A stretch of 64,000 nt of DNA. Source: Giardia intestinalis. Its lineage: Eukaryota. Below are positions 1-10,940 of the stretch, piece after piece. The notes beneath the pieces were generated by a model, which was not told the DNA's origin, did no database searches, and worked only from the letters and a program-made list of their open reading frames with translations. How positions within the stretch are numbered: position 1 is the first letter of the stretch; each line of letters starts with the position of its first letter. The translations under genes were made by a program, and so were the position numbers. Location: assembly GCA_000002435.2 (NCBI GenBank), contig CM018793.1; one strand, written 5' to 3'.

Positions 1-539
1 ATTACCTGTAGGGGCACCCAGAAATCCCAGGAGTAAGTCTCGCTCCTGTGGTCGTGTCCGGAGACGAGGGCTGGTTGTGGATGATATAACGAGGAGCTCC
101 TCTCTTTTAGTATATCTAAAACCTGGCACCTTCCCTGGTCGCTCCGCAGAGGTGTACTCGGTCCGAGTGTGCACGTCGGTCCTTTAGGGGTTCGGGTCCT
201 CTCGCAGACCCTCTGCTCTACCGGTGGCGCCTCTCCTTGGTCTCCCTTCACGGTGGGTGAAGCTCTGGTCGCCGTCCTTTTTAGATGCCCCGTCTGCCAT
301 CGGGCCCTCCGCTGGCTGGGCCCCTCGGTGTCCGTCCGGCTGTGTCCCGGGCAGTGCTCTACAGTCGCGGTCACCTGGGTTCCACAGCAGGCCGGCCGGT
401 GAGTGAGGTGGGGGGAGCTGGGGCGATGAGGGCTGGCCAGCTACCCTCGGTGAGCCCCCACGTCTGAGCAACCAGTGCTATCCGCGTCCCTCCACTTCCA
501 AGTACGACACACACACGTTTACGCTGCTGCCCTTCCCCG

Positions 540-634
540 TGGGGTGTGGTGCAGCGGGAGCACAGTGGCCTTTGATGGCATGGCTATCAACTACGTATGC
601 GGTTACGACCCGGGTTCGACTCCCGGCACTCCAA
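540..634 (+). tRNA. Putative tRNA-like element; isotype unresolved, with a probable intron or long extra arm.
   Basis: The T-arm is canonical: CCGGG-TTCGACT-CCCGG, matching the GGTTCGANTCC consensus. A 7-bp acceptor stem pairs tggggtg(540-546) with cactcca(627-633), including one G-U. U8 is followed by a D-arm GTGC-AGCGGGA-GCAC. A possible anticodon loop CTTTGAT (UUG, A37) sits on an imperfect stem. The total length of about 95 nt is too long for a standard tRNA, so an intron or insertion is needed. Confidence 0.3.
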
Positions 635-1045
635 GTTGCTGCCAGTGTTGTTTTCGCCGCTTAGTTTCCCTTGCTACCGCACGTCCACCATGCTGGCCGT
701 CCGTGCATGGTTGGGACGATGGGTGTGGCTGCATAGGGTGCTAATGCACGGGGGCAGCGGCTGCCCAGCCGGCTGGTCTGTAACCTCACCAACCATGGAA
801 CATGCGATCTTCTTTACACTAATAATAACATAGCATGAGCCCTTACTTTCCAGCCCCAGATTTAATGCAAAGGCACTCTGATATGCTCGACATTTCTTGT
901 CTCATAGCTGTGTTAGGAGCTATCATTAGCTAAAAGGTATTACCGCTTGAATACGCCTTTCTCCTGGAGTCTCTTGATATAGATTTAACCCGATCCAGTA
1001 CAGCCGTTCAAGTTGATAGTTGTATCAAATCAAAAAATTTTTACT

Positions 1046-2332
1046 ATGGATGCTTTTGCATTTGAGGATCTGGCATCGTTTGATCTCATTAAGGCTATTT
1101 ACAAATATGGTTTTGAAATACCGTCTCCAGTACAACAATACTCAATCCCAAAATTGATTCAAGGCCAAAGTATCAGTGTCAATGCACAAACTGGCAGCGG
1201 GAAAACTGCTGCCTTTGGAATCTCTTTGCTGTCATTAGTGAATCCACAAAAATCAATCTGTCAAGCAGTGATTATCTCGCCAACCAAGGAATTGTCCAAT
1301 CAGACATTAGAAGTAATAAATACTCTGGGTACTCGGTCAGGCATAAGGGGTGTGTGTCTCACAAGTGGAGTGATGGCGAAGGAACAGTTTGAGAAGATCA
1401 CAAAGGGTAGCGCTCACTTTGTCTGCGTGACCCCAAAACGTCTGAGTGGTTTATGTGCAGCCATACAGCTCTCAAAGCTCCAGTTAGTAATATTGGACGA
1501 GTGTGACAAGCTCCTAGAGGAGCAGAGCTATCGCGGGGTTGTCTCTTTTCTACGAGACCTGGCACCAGAGACAATCATAGGATGCTTTTCAGCGACCGCC
1601 ACCGATATATACAAACGAACAATTAAGGAGCTCTGCCCAGCAATCAACCACATCAGCATAGTACCAAAGCACAGCAGTGTAACAGCTATTCGCCATGTTT
1701 GTATCCGCATTTTCAACTACACAGATGCTGACGTTGAAAGGGCTGTCTCTCATAAGCAGAAACAAGACCAACTTAAGACTGAAGATAGCGATGACTGGCT
1801 AGAGCCTCGAATTAAACGTCGATCAAGACGGAAATCATACAAAGGATTGCAGGCTCTTGACGAAGACAAGAATGACATGGGCTCATCAAAAGAGGAAATT
1901 TATGCCGAAAAGGTTAGAGTATTGTCGAGTCTTCTGGAGTCAGTACCTATCGTTCAAGGTGTAATTTTCTGCAACTCCAAACACACCGTTGATTGGTTAC
2001 ATAACGCTCTTCGCAAGCAAAAGCACCCGTGCGAGCGGATACATGCGGATCTTCCTGCATTTGATCGTGAAACAACGGTTGCAAATTTCCGCGCAGGAAA
2101 GACACGACTGCTTATCAGTACAGACCTGCTTGCACGCGGATTTGACGTTCAACAGGTGACTTTTGTGTGCAACTATGACTTTCCTCGTGATCCACACTCT
2201 TATATGCATCGGGCTGGGCGGTGTGGCAGATTTGGTCGCAAAGGGTTGAGTGTCTCCCTACTTATAGCAGAGAATCAGAAGTGCATGGACGATGTGGTTC
2301 AGAAGTACAAGATCGAGGTAGAGACAATCTAG
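1046..2332 (+). CDS. DEAD-box ATP-dependent RNA helicase (DECD variant).
   Basis: The ORF shows motif I AQTGSGKT, motif Ia PTKELSNQ, motif II VILDECDKLL, SAT, and motif VI HRAGRCGRFGRKG. The ORF-track start at 1013 is TTG; the first in-frame ATG is 1046 (MDAFAFEDL). Confidence 0.85.
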   Translation: MDAFAFEDLASFDLIKAIYKYGFEIPSPVQQYSIPKLIQGQSISVNAQTGSGKTAAFGISLLSLVNPQKSICQAVIISPTKELSNQTLEVINTLGTRSGIRGVCLTSGVMAKEQFEKITKGSAHFVCVTPKRLSGLCAAIQLSKLQLVILDECDKLLEEQSYRGVVSFLRDLAPETIIGCFSATATDIYKRTIKELCPAINHISIVPKHSSVTAIRHVCIRIFNYTDADVERAVSHKQKQDQLKTEDSDDWLEPRIKRRSRRKSYKGLQALDEDKNDMGSSKEEIYAEKVRVLSSLLESVPIVQGVIFCNSKHTVDWLHNALRKQKHPCERIHADLPAFDRETTVANFRAGKTRLLISTDLLARGFDVQQVTFVCNYDFPRDPHSYMHRAGRCGRFGRKGLSVSLLIAENQKCMDDVVQKYKIEVETI

Positions 2333-2349
2333 ACAATGCTTTATAGACC

Positions 2350-2356
2350 AGTGAAC
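2350..2356 (+). promoter_or_regulatory. AGTGAAC, a Giardia AGTRAAY polyadenylation signal.
   Basis: AGTGAAC lies 18 nt downstream of the helicase TAG. An A-rich initiator (AAAAAAATCGATG) for the next gene follows. Confidence 0.5.
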
Positions 2357-2367
2357 TAAAAAAATCG

Positions 2368-5247
2368 ATGTATGTGAGGCCGCATAACCACGACGGAGGC
2401 TCTCACCAGGGATCCTCTATCAACGGAGACGGCCGATCATCCAAAACAACGTTCCAATATGGTAATATCAGCCATACTGATCGGAACTTGCGATATTATC
2501 TCACAATGATAATGAAGCGCCAAAAACTCTATGGCAAGTTAGACAAAGAACTCATACGGCTTATTTTGCGCGACGGACCGCAAGCAGAGTCGCAGAACAT
2601 GAGCTTAATCATCAAGACTCTTTGGAATGAAATTGGCATACAGCTAGCTGAACGAGAAGTAACAGCTCAGTACATAAGATCATCTTCGGCTGCAAAGCGA
2701 GCATATGCAGAGCGCTTAGCGTGGTTTCTCTTATTGCGGACCCGCTTTATCGGACTACTCTCTGCGCGAGATCAATATGTGCGCCGCATTCGCAGCATGG
2801 TGAATAGTGGAGGAATACTGCGTCGAAGCTTTATTACAAGCTTTGATGAGATACGCCTCATCACACTAGCGTTGATTGAGATCTGTTTAAAGATCTATAT
2901 ATGCACTGGAAAGAGGCATGAGCCGTACAAGCTTGGCTTCGATGCTCCCCGGGGCCAGGATATCCTGGGGGCCATTTTGGCTGAGGAGCTCTTCAATCCA
3001 GATATCATGACATATATCTCCGAGAAGTATATAGATAGACCTGATTTGATTGAGAAGTTTGTTATAACCGCTACCGACCGCTCCACTATTCCCGACGATA
3101 ATACTATGAACAAAACCCTCAATCTTAGTGATCTGTCGCCGCCTCCGCGGACGATGGCCTCTCCTTCCCAGAATCCTCGCGACAAACTGGTTGATTCTTA
3201 CCACATCCATGATATTTATGAGCTAGACCTATCATCCCACGATTCTCGAGCTGAGAAAACTGTAGCTATGCTTCTCAACGTTTCTGCAACATTGACTCAA
3301 CTGCTAGAACTTCCATGCACGATGGAAAGCTTAGCTTCGTTAATGTTTCTAACTGGGGCCAGGCCGGCCAATATACAGTCACACGTTGGATCAGACTTGA
3401 TACAGGTGTTCGGTAACCTTATGCCAGGAGCGCTGGTCGACCCGGCACGTTATATAGAGGCTTCTCCAGATCAGACAATAGACGCATTATTAGAGTATTT
3501 TTCAGGGCATAAGAGATTGACACGATATTTGATGCCATATCCGCATACATCTGAGTTTGTTCGGCGTCGAGCCGCGTCCTTAGACCAGTACTTTGTTTTC
3601 TCCTTGCTCATCTTTGATAAGTTCCGCCACAATGCAGAAGCAGAGTGTCAGCGGCGCATGAGCGACGCCCATGCAGCAATCTCTCCGCTGGATAAGTATC
3701 CCAAATCCCGGTCTAGTTCACGGCAGCATAAATCTGTTTATAGTCGAGCAATTTCTGCACATAAGAAGGAAAATAGTCTGCAGGTGCAGAACATGCTTAA
3801 CAATGAGCTGTTTTACTCCCAAAATCACGATGTCCACTCCACTCAGTCGTCCTTTATATCTCCCTCCATCAATGCTCAGCAGCAGCCAAAAAGAGCAGCA
3901 TCATCTTGCAAGCCCCGTACAAAGCAGCCTGCGAAGTCTTCACATAGGTCCCGTGCCCCCTTGCGGACTCAGGACACTGAGTCCCGTAGCGTTTCTACCC
4001 GTGTCTCGAAACAATATACACCCCAGTTAGGGACTCAAAATAAGCCACGGTCGACGACGCGATCAGCTTCTACTGCTAAAAAGCCCGCCCGGTCAGGCTC
4101 TACTCAGAGTGGTAAGGCCGGCAAGCGAAAGCTTCTCGAAGCTCGCCGGCCGTCTGCTGTTATAGCCGGCGAGTATGTCGGCACGTCCAACGCATATGTG
4201 GTGCATCCCCCTCCCAAGTACTATCCTATGAGTACCTCGAGATCTGGAAGTCCATCACTCAAAGGAGAGTCTCCCACAACCAAGAACCTTAAACTAGACG
4301 AGATTTCTCCGACAAGAAAGAGCGTTCAACACATGTCACTAGAAGAAGACCAACACGCTGATGCTTCTAGCAAAGATGTGCAAGATCACAACACTAACGA
4401 TACACCAGATGCACATTGTATTGATAAAACCCCCGGTCTTACAAATAGCCTAGTTAGTGATCATATATTCCCTGATTGTGCGCAGACGCCATCTGAGGAG
4501 TGTGCTCAGCAGACGCCTGCTGTTGGTAGTGTTGTTCATAATGCTGAACCTTTCCACAATGGAGAGGATCTTCAAGATCACTTGGATGTAGAACCTCAGA
4601 AACTTGCGGTAACTGATTTTCAGCCAGCGAAGGAGTATGAAGCTAATACGGTAGATTACGTAGCGTCTTCTATTCAGGAGTCTGCAGATGGCGCTGATTC
4701 TCTTCAGGTTCATAATCTAGAGATTTACCCGGACAACTTGCAGGATTTGGCTCCTCAAGATTTGATGGAAGCTGATGCACCGGAAGAGACATACGAGGTG
4801 CCTGCTGATTTCGAATCAACGGACGAACAGCCGCTGGAGCTGCAATGTGATGCTAAGGCTTCATCCGAGCAAGAATACGACTTGAACGACTTTGCTCAGG
4901 AGGCCCCGGGCTCTCTTGACATTGCTGTTGAAAGTGAGGAGAATGTGTTTGATGAGATAGGTGAGCCTGCAGAGGAGGCGATAGTGGAAGATGGCAGGCT
5001 GCGGCATACAGAAATGAATGTCAACGTAGTTATCGATGGGCGACCAGTCAGTCGTGGCATAGGACGATCTGTGACGCGGGCACAACCTGTTAGGAATCAG
5101 GATCAAACCGTTTCCCCTCCTGAGAAAACTGATAAAGAGGAAGAGCAATACCAAGATGATTTTTCTGATGGAAATGATGACGCCCCGGGAGTTTCCCTTG
5201 GGCTCAACGACACAGGTGCAGACTTTGACGATTTCGAGGCATTTTGA
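2368..5247 (+). CDS. Large hypothetical protein (959 aa) with an S/T-rich middle and an acidic D/E-rich C-terminus; no recognisable domain.
   Basis: This is a long uninterrupted ORF starting at ATG and tightly packed between neighbouring genes. It has low-complexity S/T/P segments and an acidic tail. Confidence 0.6.
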   Translation: MYVRPHNHDGGSHQGSSINGDGRSSKTTFQYGNISHTDRNLRYYLTMIMKRQKLYGKLDKELIRLILRDGPQAESQNMSLIIKTLWNEIGIQLAEREVTAQYIRSSSAAKRAYAERLAWFLLLRTRFIGLLSARDQYVRRIRSMVNSGGILRRSFITSFDEIRLITLALIEICLKIYICTGKRHEPYKLGFDAPRGQDILGAILAEELFNPDIMTYISEKYIDRPDLIEKFVITATDRSTIPDDNTMNKTLNLSDLSPPPRTMASPSQNPRDKLVDSYHIHDIYELDLSSHDSRAEKTVAMLLNVSATLTQLLELPCTMESLASLMFLTGARPANIQSHVGSDLIQVFGNLMPGALVDPARYIEASPDQTIDALLEYFSGHKRLTRYLMPYPHTSEFVRRRAASLDQYFVFSLLIFDKFRHNAEAECQRRMSDAHAAISPLDKYPKSRSSSRQHKSVYSRAISAHKKENSLQVQNMLNNELFYSQNHDVHSTQSSFISPSINAQQQPKRAASSCKPRTKQPAKSSHRSRAPLRTQDTESRSVSTRVSKQYTPQLGTQNKPRSTTRSASTAKKPARSGSTQSGKAGKRKLLEARRPSAVIAGEYVGTSNAYVVHPPPKYYPMSTSRSGSPSLKGESPTTKNLKLDEISPTRKSVQHMSLEEDQHADASSKDVQDHNTNDTPDAHCIDKTPGLTNSLVSDHIFPDCAQTPSEECAQQTPAVGSVVHNAEPFHNGEDLQDHLDVEPQKLAVTDFQPAKEYEANTVDYVASSIQESADGADSLQVHNLEIYPDNLQDLAPQDLMEADAPEETYEVPADFESTDEQPLELQCDAKASSEQEYDLNDFAQEAPGSLDIAVESEENVFDEIGEPAEEAIVEDGRLRHTEMNVNVVIDGRPVSRGIGRSVTRAQPVRNQDQTVSPPEKTDKEEEQYQDDFSDGNDDAPGVSLGLNDTGADFDDFEAF

Positions 5248-5295
5248 CGTAAATTTCAACCTGGCGTTGTTTACAGGACAGGTGCATTATAGAAG

Positions 5296-7809
5296 TCACT
5301 GCCCATAGTTTCTTATTAGAGACCAAATCTCGCTTGTCTTAGCATAATCAAGCGCAGTCTTTCCGGTGCCTGTTGTCATGTGGGCTTCCTGAGCAAGCAG
5401 CATTTGGACAGAAGCATACTTTCCATCAGCGGCCGCCATCATAAGGGCTGTCACGCCCTGGCCCATATTATGACGGTGATTGGTAGTCATGGTTGCTTCC
5501 TTTGGAGCAAGAAGCTCGACGATATTGGCGTGATCACTCTTTGCAGCCCACATAAGAGCAGTTCCGTTGTCGTTTTGCCGCATTCCACCTTCACGCTTCA
5601 ACAATAACCTTGCACAGTTAATGGCACCGTTGCGTGCAGCAGCCATAAGCGCCGAAAAGCCTGCTCCATGGGTGTCTTTGTCGTTGCTGCACATTCCTCC
5701 TTCGGTCTCCAAAAGGAGCTCTGCACAGGCTAGATGATCACGGCTACATGCATACATCAACGCAGTCCAACCGATCTTGTTCTGGATACCCGTCTCTTTC
5801 TCCATAAGCACCCGAACAATCTCTGTGTGGCCTTCCTGAGCTGCATACATTAAGGCCGTCCCCCCATCAGTTTTCTGGAAGCATGCTTCAGCTTCCAAAA
5901 GCAACTGTACAGAGTCTATGTGGTTATTCTGTGCTGCCCACATGAGCGCCGTGGAGCCCCAATTTGTGGAAATCCCTGCCTCCTTCTCTAGCAGAATACG
6001 CACAACCTCTCCGTGGCCCCTTTGAGCGGCAAACATGAGAGCAGTGCATCCTTCCTGATCGACAAGCCCGCCCTGTAGAGGAAGAAGGGACCAGACGCGA
6101 ACAATATTGTTTTCCTTGGCAGAGATCATTAGCTCGGTCATACATCTATTTTCTGTGCTTACGTCCTCTACACTGATACCCTCTACTCCGGTAAGCACCT
6201 CAGCAACAGAGAAGTATCCACGGAGTAGAGCAATCTCAAGTGCAGTACTACCATCTGGACGCTTCATCCCACCTTCGCGCTCGACAAGGTACCCGGTGAC
6301 TTCAACATTATTACACTCCGCGGCAATCATCAGCGCTGTCTCCCCGAAGTTGTTGATCATTCCGCCCTCCAATTCAAGTAATAGGCTCACAACGGGAACG
6401 CTGTTGGCCTCTGCAGCAAACATAAGCGCAGTCATACCATCGTTATTAGACATACGTGCCTGTGAAAGGAAGGACTTAGCAAGTTGGAGATCTCCTGCTG
6501 CAGCGGCCGTCATCAGCGGGGTCGTTCCAAATTCATCAAGCTCAGGTGGGGATGAGAGAATTTGTTCGATCCTCTGTGCTGACTCTGTCTGAATTAATGT
6601 TACACGCTCTGTGAGCTGTGTAACCTCGTTACGACTTATCGAGAGGTCCTCCATAAGTTCGTTCTTCTCTACTTCAAGACGGTGGAGTTTCTTCTCCAGT
6701 ACCAAGCGCTCTGCCTCATTAGAGTCAATTATACTGAGAAGTTCCTTCTCGTTGGACTCCAAACGTGTTTTTGCGTCCACGACCTCATCAAGAGTAGTCT
6801 TGTAGGCCCTGATATCTTCTTCTGCACGAGCTAGATATATTTTCAGTCTGGAAAGCTCTTCCTCGAGCTCTGGGGCCGACCTTCCTGTCTGAGACGTAAA
6901 TTGGTCGCGCTGAATCTTGGTCTGTGTCAGTTCTTGTGTTAAAACGAGGCTTTCTGTTTTCAGCTCCATGTTTTCTCGTTCGTAAAAAGCAAGCTGATCC
7001 TTCAAAGGCTGTATCTCTTGACAAATCTGTTCGTGCTCTTTCTTTAGGTCATCGTAACGCTTCTTGATTGTAGACACATCGGTGTCTAATTGCTTGAGCA
7101 CTACATTCAATTTTCTTATCTCGTTCTGCTGGCTGAGTACATTTTCGTCCCCTTTTTCTATCATAACTTTTAGAGATGCATTAGTGCTGCGTAACTCATC
7201 TAGCAGCTCAAGCTGTGCTACACAATTAAGACAATAGCGCACACCTGACTGGAGCCCGCTCTTAATTACAGAAAGAAAGGTAACGATGCGCTCATGATTA
7301 CAAGCAGACGCTAAGGATAGCGCCTTGGAAACATCGTCAACGGTAAGCCCTGCAGAGCGAGTTGCAATGAGCTTTACTGCATCAAGCTTGCCGCTGGCTG
7401 CTGCGTGATCCAAAGATGTATACCCGTTTCTGTCTCGTTCAAACCCAAAATGATTCAGTAATATAGTAAGGGACTCGACGCATCCTGCTTCTGCTGCCAG
7501 CATGAGGGCATTCCTTCCGTCTGGTAGAGTAATACCTTTCTCCAATGGAGCAAGGATGTCACAGGCTCCTGCGTTGTCTCGCAGGGCGGCCATCATGAGG
7601 GCGGTCTTATTATCCCTATTCGTTACCCCAGACTCCTCTGGAGCGAGTAAGCGGATCATTTCGAGATCATTGATGCGGCACGCTAGCATGAGACCTGTCT
7701 CTCCATCTCCGTCATCAGAACCCCTGAATCGCGGAAGTGCAGCACGGATCTCTGCGTACTGCCGGGATGCGATGGAGTCAAACCACTCCTTGCGGCTATT
7801 AACAGGCAT
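5296..7809 (-). CDS. Ankyrin-repeat / coiled-coil protein (Giardia 'Protein 21.1' family architecture).
   Basis: The N-terminus reads MPVNSRKEWF. There are many ankyrin-repeat cores (TALM.AA..GH..V..LL) at both ends and a central heptad-rich coiled coil. Start is ATG. Confidence 0.8.
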   Translation of the reverse strand: MPVNSRKEWFDSIASRQYAEIRAALPRFRGSDDGDGETGLMLACRINDLEMIRLLAPEESGVTNRDNKTALMMAALRDNAGACDILAPLEKGITLPDGRNALMLAAEAGCVESLTILLNHFGFERDRNGYTSLDHAAASGKLDAVKLIATRSAGLTVDDVSKALSLASACNHERIVTFLSVIKSGLQSGVRYCLNCVAQLELLDELRSTNASLKVMIEKGDENVLSQQNEIRKLNVVLKQLDTDVSTIKKRYDDLKKEHEQICQEIQPLKDQLAFYERENMELKTESLVLTQELTQTKIQRDQFTSQTGRSAPELEEELSRLKIYLARAEEDIRAYKTTLDEVVDAKTRLESNEKELLSIIDSNEAERLVLEKKLHRLEVEKNELMEDLSISRNEVTQLTERVTLIQTESAQRIEQILSSPPELDEFGTTPLMTAAAAGDLQLAKSFLSQARMSNNDGMTALMFAAEANSVPVVSLLLELEGGMINNFGETALMIAAECNNVEVTGYLVEREGGMKRPDGSTALEIALLRGYFSVAEVLTGVEGISVEDVSTENRCMTELMISAKENNIVRVWSLLPLQGGLVDQEGCTALMFAAQRGHGEVVRILLEKEAGISTNWGSTALMWAAQNNHIDSVQLLLEAEACFQKTDGGTALMYAAQEGHTEIVRVLMEKETGIQNKIGWTALMYACSRDHLACAELLLETEGGMCSNDKDTHGAGFSALMAAARNGAINCARLLLKREGGMRQNDNGTALMWAAKSDHANIVELLAPKEATMTTNHRHNMGQGVTALMMAAADGKYASVQMLLAQEAHMTTGTGKTALDYAKTSEIWSLIRNYGQ

Positions 7810-7840
7810 CCGGTGTTTGCTTTTCAGAATTTACATCAAA

Positions 7841-10753
7841 TCACAGTCTTATTCTGTTCTGCAGGTCCGTTAGGAAGTTCACAATCGATGCCTTTACCTC
7901 TTGGGGTATCTCTCCACCAAGAGAGGCGGCGATATCGATGGGGGACTCCCCTCTTACTGTGCAGATGCTATACTCGGCGAAAAAGAGAGCACCAACACAC
8001 GCTATGTGTCCACGCCTGATTGCCTTGATTAGGGCTGTCTCTCCAAGGCGATTAGACATACCTGCCTCGCCCTTCAGGATCTCGACAAGGTCTTGATACC
8101 CCAGTTCGGCTGCATACATAAGAGCAGTGTTTCCGTACTTATCTCGGCACTGCAACTGAATTGGCACTAAGAGTCGTGCTGCAGAACTAGCTCCGTTCAT
8201 AGCAGCGTACATCAGTGCCGTTCTTCCACTTTCATCGACAAGCCTTCCTTGGAGGCTTATAAGAAGATAGCAGGTGACAATGTCATCCTGTGCTGCCGCT
8301 TCCATCATTTCATTGAATCGATAGTTGAGGGTGGAAACGTCCCGTACATCAATACCCTCATATCTCGCCAGCATACGAGCTGCGACCTCATTGTTTGAAT
8401 TAATGGCGATGTAAAGAGCTGAAGTGCCGTCGGGCTTGGTGCACCGGGCCTCTTTCATGGCGAGCAGATTGACGCCTTCATGGTAGCCTGTCCTAACAGC
8501 TATCATGAGCGCTGTTTCACCGTCATTATTCTGCATCCCAGACTCTTGGGAGATAAGGTTGATAATGGCGTCCCTCTGCTTGTTTAGAGTTGCAAGCATG
8601 AGGGCGGTCATTCCGTTAGAGTTAATGCGCCGTATCTCGTGTGCCATTTGTTGTATGACACTCAAGTCTCCTGCGGCTGCTGCTTGCATCAGCAGTGTGT
8701 CATCTTGTGTCTGGCCTTTGTATGTAACTGTTCCCATTGACATACCTATACCGGGCTGTCCGTGTATTGCAGACACGGCGATTGGATTAAGCATCGAAGC
8801 TGTGAGGCTAGCATCCATCCGCCCTCGTGTATTCGTTCGAGGCCTGCTGGTCACGGCTGAGGCAGAAAGTGGTCTAGTTCTCCGGCTTCCAACTTGCACA
8901 TAAGTATCTGTGTTACCTCCAATAGATCGACGATTATTGTTATGAGTAAATGCAGGCTCTTCTTCATCACCGTCAAGATTGACCGAAATGTTGGACATAT
9001 TGGATGCGCTGAAGTTGCTCAAATGGCTCATATTGGTAGGCGGCAAAAATGCTTGTGCTGGATTGATGACTACGCTAGAGATGGGCATAGATAATTTAGA
9101 ACTTCTTGATTCGTGAAGTTGCTGATGAGACGATGCGGCTCCCAGCTCAGCTGTGCGTCCAACCTTCAGCTGAGCAAGCTCTGTGCTTTTTGCTCCAAGG
9201 ACATCATCTTTCAGCTTGATCTCCTCTACGTAAACCGCTACTTGTCCTTCCAGAATGGAGATCTTTGCCTTTAGATTTACCTTGTCTGCCTCAAGCTCTC
9301 TGATCGTGGCGGAAAGCCTCATGCTCTCCTCTGTTTTCTCCTGAATAATGCGAAGATACTCCTGCTCTGCTTCTCGCAATGCATTTACAGTCCCCTGTAA
9401 CTCCTCACATTCCCTTATGCTCTGATAAAGTTGGTTACTGGTTTCTAACGCTTCTCTTTGCATCTCTTTGTATTCCGGAGGGCCAGCTTCCAATATATTC
9501 ATGAATTCTGCCTTCTCTGTGGCAAGCTGGGTCACTGTAGTTGTCAGCGTGTTCAAGCTCTGTTCCTGACTTGCAACGGTACCGGCAAGCTGCTCGTTGC
9601 TCTCCTCCAAGACATGCAGGGATCCTTGCAACGACCTAACCTGAGATTCCAAGCTGTTACACTTTTCCTTCTCCAGGCTATGGATCCTCGCCAAGGCTGA
9701 ATTCGCCCTGGATTGCTCGGCCAATTGTGTGGATATGGTTAAAACTCTTTCGTCACGCAGATGAAGTTGTGCGCGGACGTTTTGGAGAGTAGCCTCAAGC
9801 GACAGGTTATCTGCTTGTAGACTCTCAATTTTTGTCGTTAGCTCCCGTATGATTCTGTCCATGTCTCTTACAGTGCGACCGTCGCCCGATATATACTGCT
9901 CGCGGATTTCTTGCATTTGAGTTTCTGCTTGTACAACGGCACGTTTCGACCGTTCGGACTCGCTTTTCAACAACCTGAGCTCACTATTGAGTGCATCCTG
10001 GATCTTTGTCTTCTCCTCCAGTTCAGCCTTGAATGCCCGCATAGCTGCTCGCGCAGCATCTAGCGGTGTGCCTTCTGATTGTAGGAGAACCCGCTTGATG
10101 TCTTCGCAGTAGCGCTGCTGCTTTCCTAGATCGCGCCTTGCTTCTTCCAATCGCTTCTTGAAATAGTTGCAATCCTTGCATCGAGAGATTGCTTCACGTT
10201 CTAAGCGCACCACTGCGCGGTCAATGAATGTGATGCTTTCTGAAAGACCTGTTTCTCGAAACTTCTCCTCCAAGTGATTAAGTTCTGAAAGATCTAAGGG
10301 AAATTGCCTTAATAAAACGCCAGCAGCATCGATCTGTGAGGAAAGCAACGCACTTTCCAGGGCTGTGTTTCCATTGCAGTCACACTCATTGGGAATCTTT
10401 GGTGCAACAGCTTCAAGTTCGCTTGCTAGTCCCCGCTCTGCAAGAATGTGAAGTATTGTCTTATTGCGGTTTGTCTTGATGTCTCCTTCAAACTGGTAAA
10501 GAAATTCCGCTGCCTCCCAATGGCCATTAATAACAGAGAGCATGTATGCAGTTAATCCATCTGGTGTTAAAATTCCCTTTTCGGTAGCAGCCAGTATGCG
10601 CACTATCCCAACATCGCCAATTTGGGCTGCCAAGTGAAGCCCCGTTAGTCCGTCTGAATTTACCGAACCCTTGTAGATTCCCAAGTCACTCTTAATCTTC
10701 TCGTAATCTCTGGCAAAGATGGCCGCAAACCAAGCGTCAGAGCTCCCCTCCAT
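7841..10753 (-). CDS. Ankyrin-repeat / coiled-coil protein (Protein 21.1-like), 970 aa.
   Basis: There is an N-terminal ANK block, a long coiled coil, an S/T-rich linker and a C-terminal ANK block (TALMYAAMNG, TALIKAIRRGH). Start is ATG. Confidence 0.8.
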   Translation of the reverse strand: MEGSSDAWFAAIFARDYEKIKSDLGIYKGSVNSDGLTGLHLAAQIGDVGIVRILAATEKGILTPDGLTAYMLSVINGHWEAAEFLYQFEGDIKTNRNKTILHILAERGLASELEAVAPKIPNECDCNGNTALESALLSSQIDAAGVLLRQFPLDLSELNHLEEKFRETGLSESITFIDRAVVRLEREAISRCKDCNYFKKRLEEARRDLGKQQRYCEDIKRVLLQSEGTPLDAARAAMRAFKAELEEKTKIQDALNSELRLLKSESERSKRAVVQAETQMQEIREQYISGDGRTVRDMDRIIRELTTKIESLQADNLSLEATLQNVRAQLHLRDERVLTISTQLAEQSRANSALARIHSLEKEKCNSLESQVRSLQGSLHVLEESNEQLAGTVASQEQSLNTLTTTVTQLATEKAEFMNILEAGPPEYKEMQREALETSNQLYQSIRECEELQGTVNALREAEQEYLRIIQEKTEESMRLSATIRELEADKVNLKAKISILEGQVAVYVEEIKLKDDVLGAKSTELAQLKVGRTAELGAASSHQQLHESRSSKLSMPISSVVINPAQAFLPPTNMSHLSNFSASNMSNISVNLDGDEEEPAFTHNNNRRSIGGNTDTYVQVGSRRTRPLSASAVTSRPRTNTRGRMDASLTASMLNPIAVSAIHGQPGIGMSMGTVTYKGQTQDDTLLMQAAAAGDLSVIQQMAHEIRRINSNGMTALMLATLNKQRDAIINLISQESGMQNNDGETALMIAVRTGYHEGVNLLAMKEARCTKPDGTSALYIAINSNNEVAARMLARYEGIDVRDVSTLNYRFNEMMEAAAQDDIVTCYLLISLQGRLVDESGRTALMYAAMNGASSAARLLVPIQLQCRDKYGNTALMYAAELGYQDLVEILKGEAGMSNRLGETALIKAIRRGHIACVGALFFAEYSICTVRGESPIDIAASLGGEIPQEVKASIVNFLTDLQNRIRL

Positions 10754-10940
10754 GAAAGCTATAACGTCTGCAGAACGATTTCCGATTTTTGCCTTTCTAG
10801 TTTACTAGTCCTTTACTGGCTCTTTTGGTTTCAGTCACAGGATAGTTTGTCCTATAGATGTAGATCTTGGTAACAAGATAATTGCATATAAGATCAGTGT
10901 GGACGCGGCACACCTGCACTACTCTCCAGCTGTGGCCGGG

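Noticed and set aside
169-833. Cluster of overlapping 60-95 aa ORFs on both strands at the window start.
   Set aside because: These are GC-rich, stop-poor sequence artefacts with no protein-like composition. I also considered rDNA (Giardia rRNA is very GC-rich and subtelomeric) but could not recognise any SSU, 5.8S or LSU landmark.
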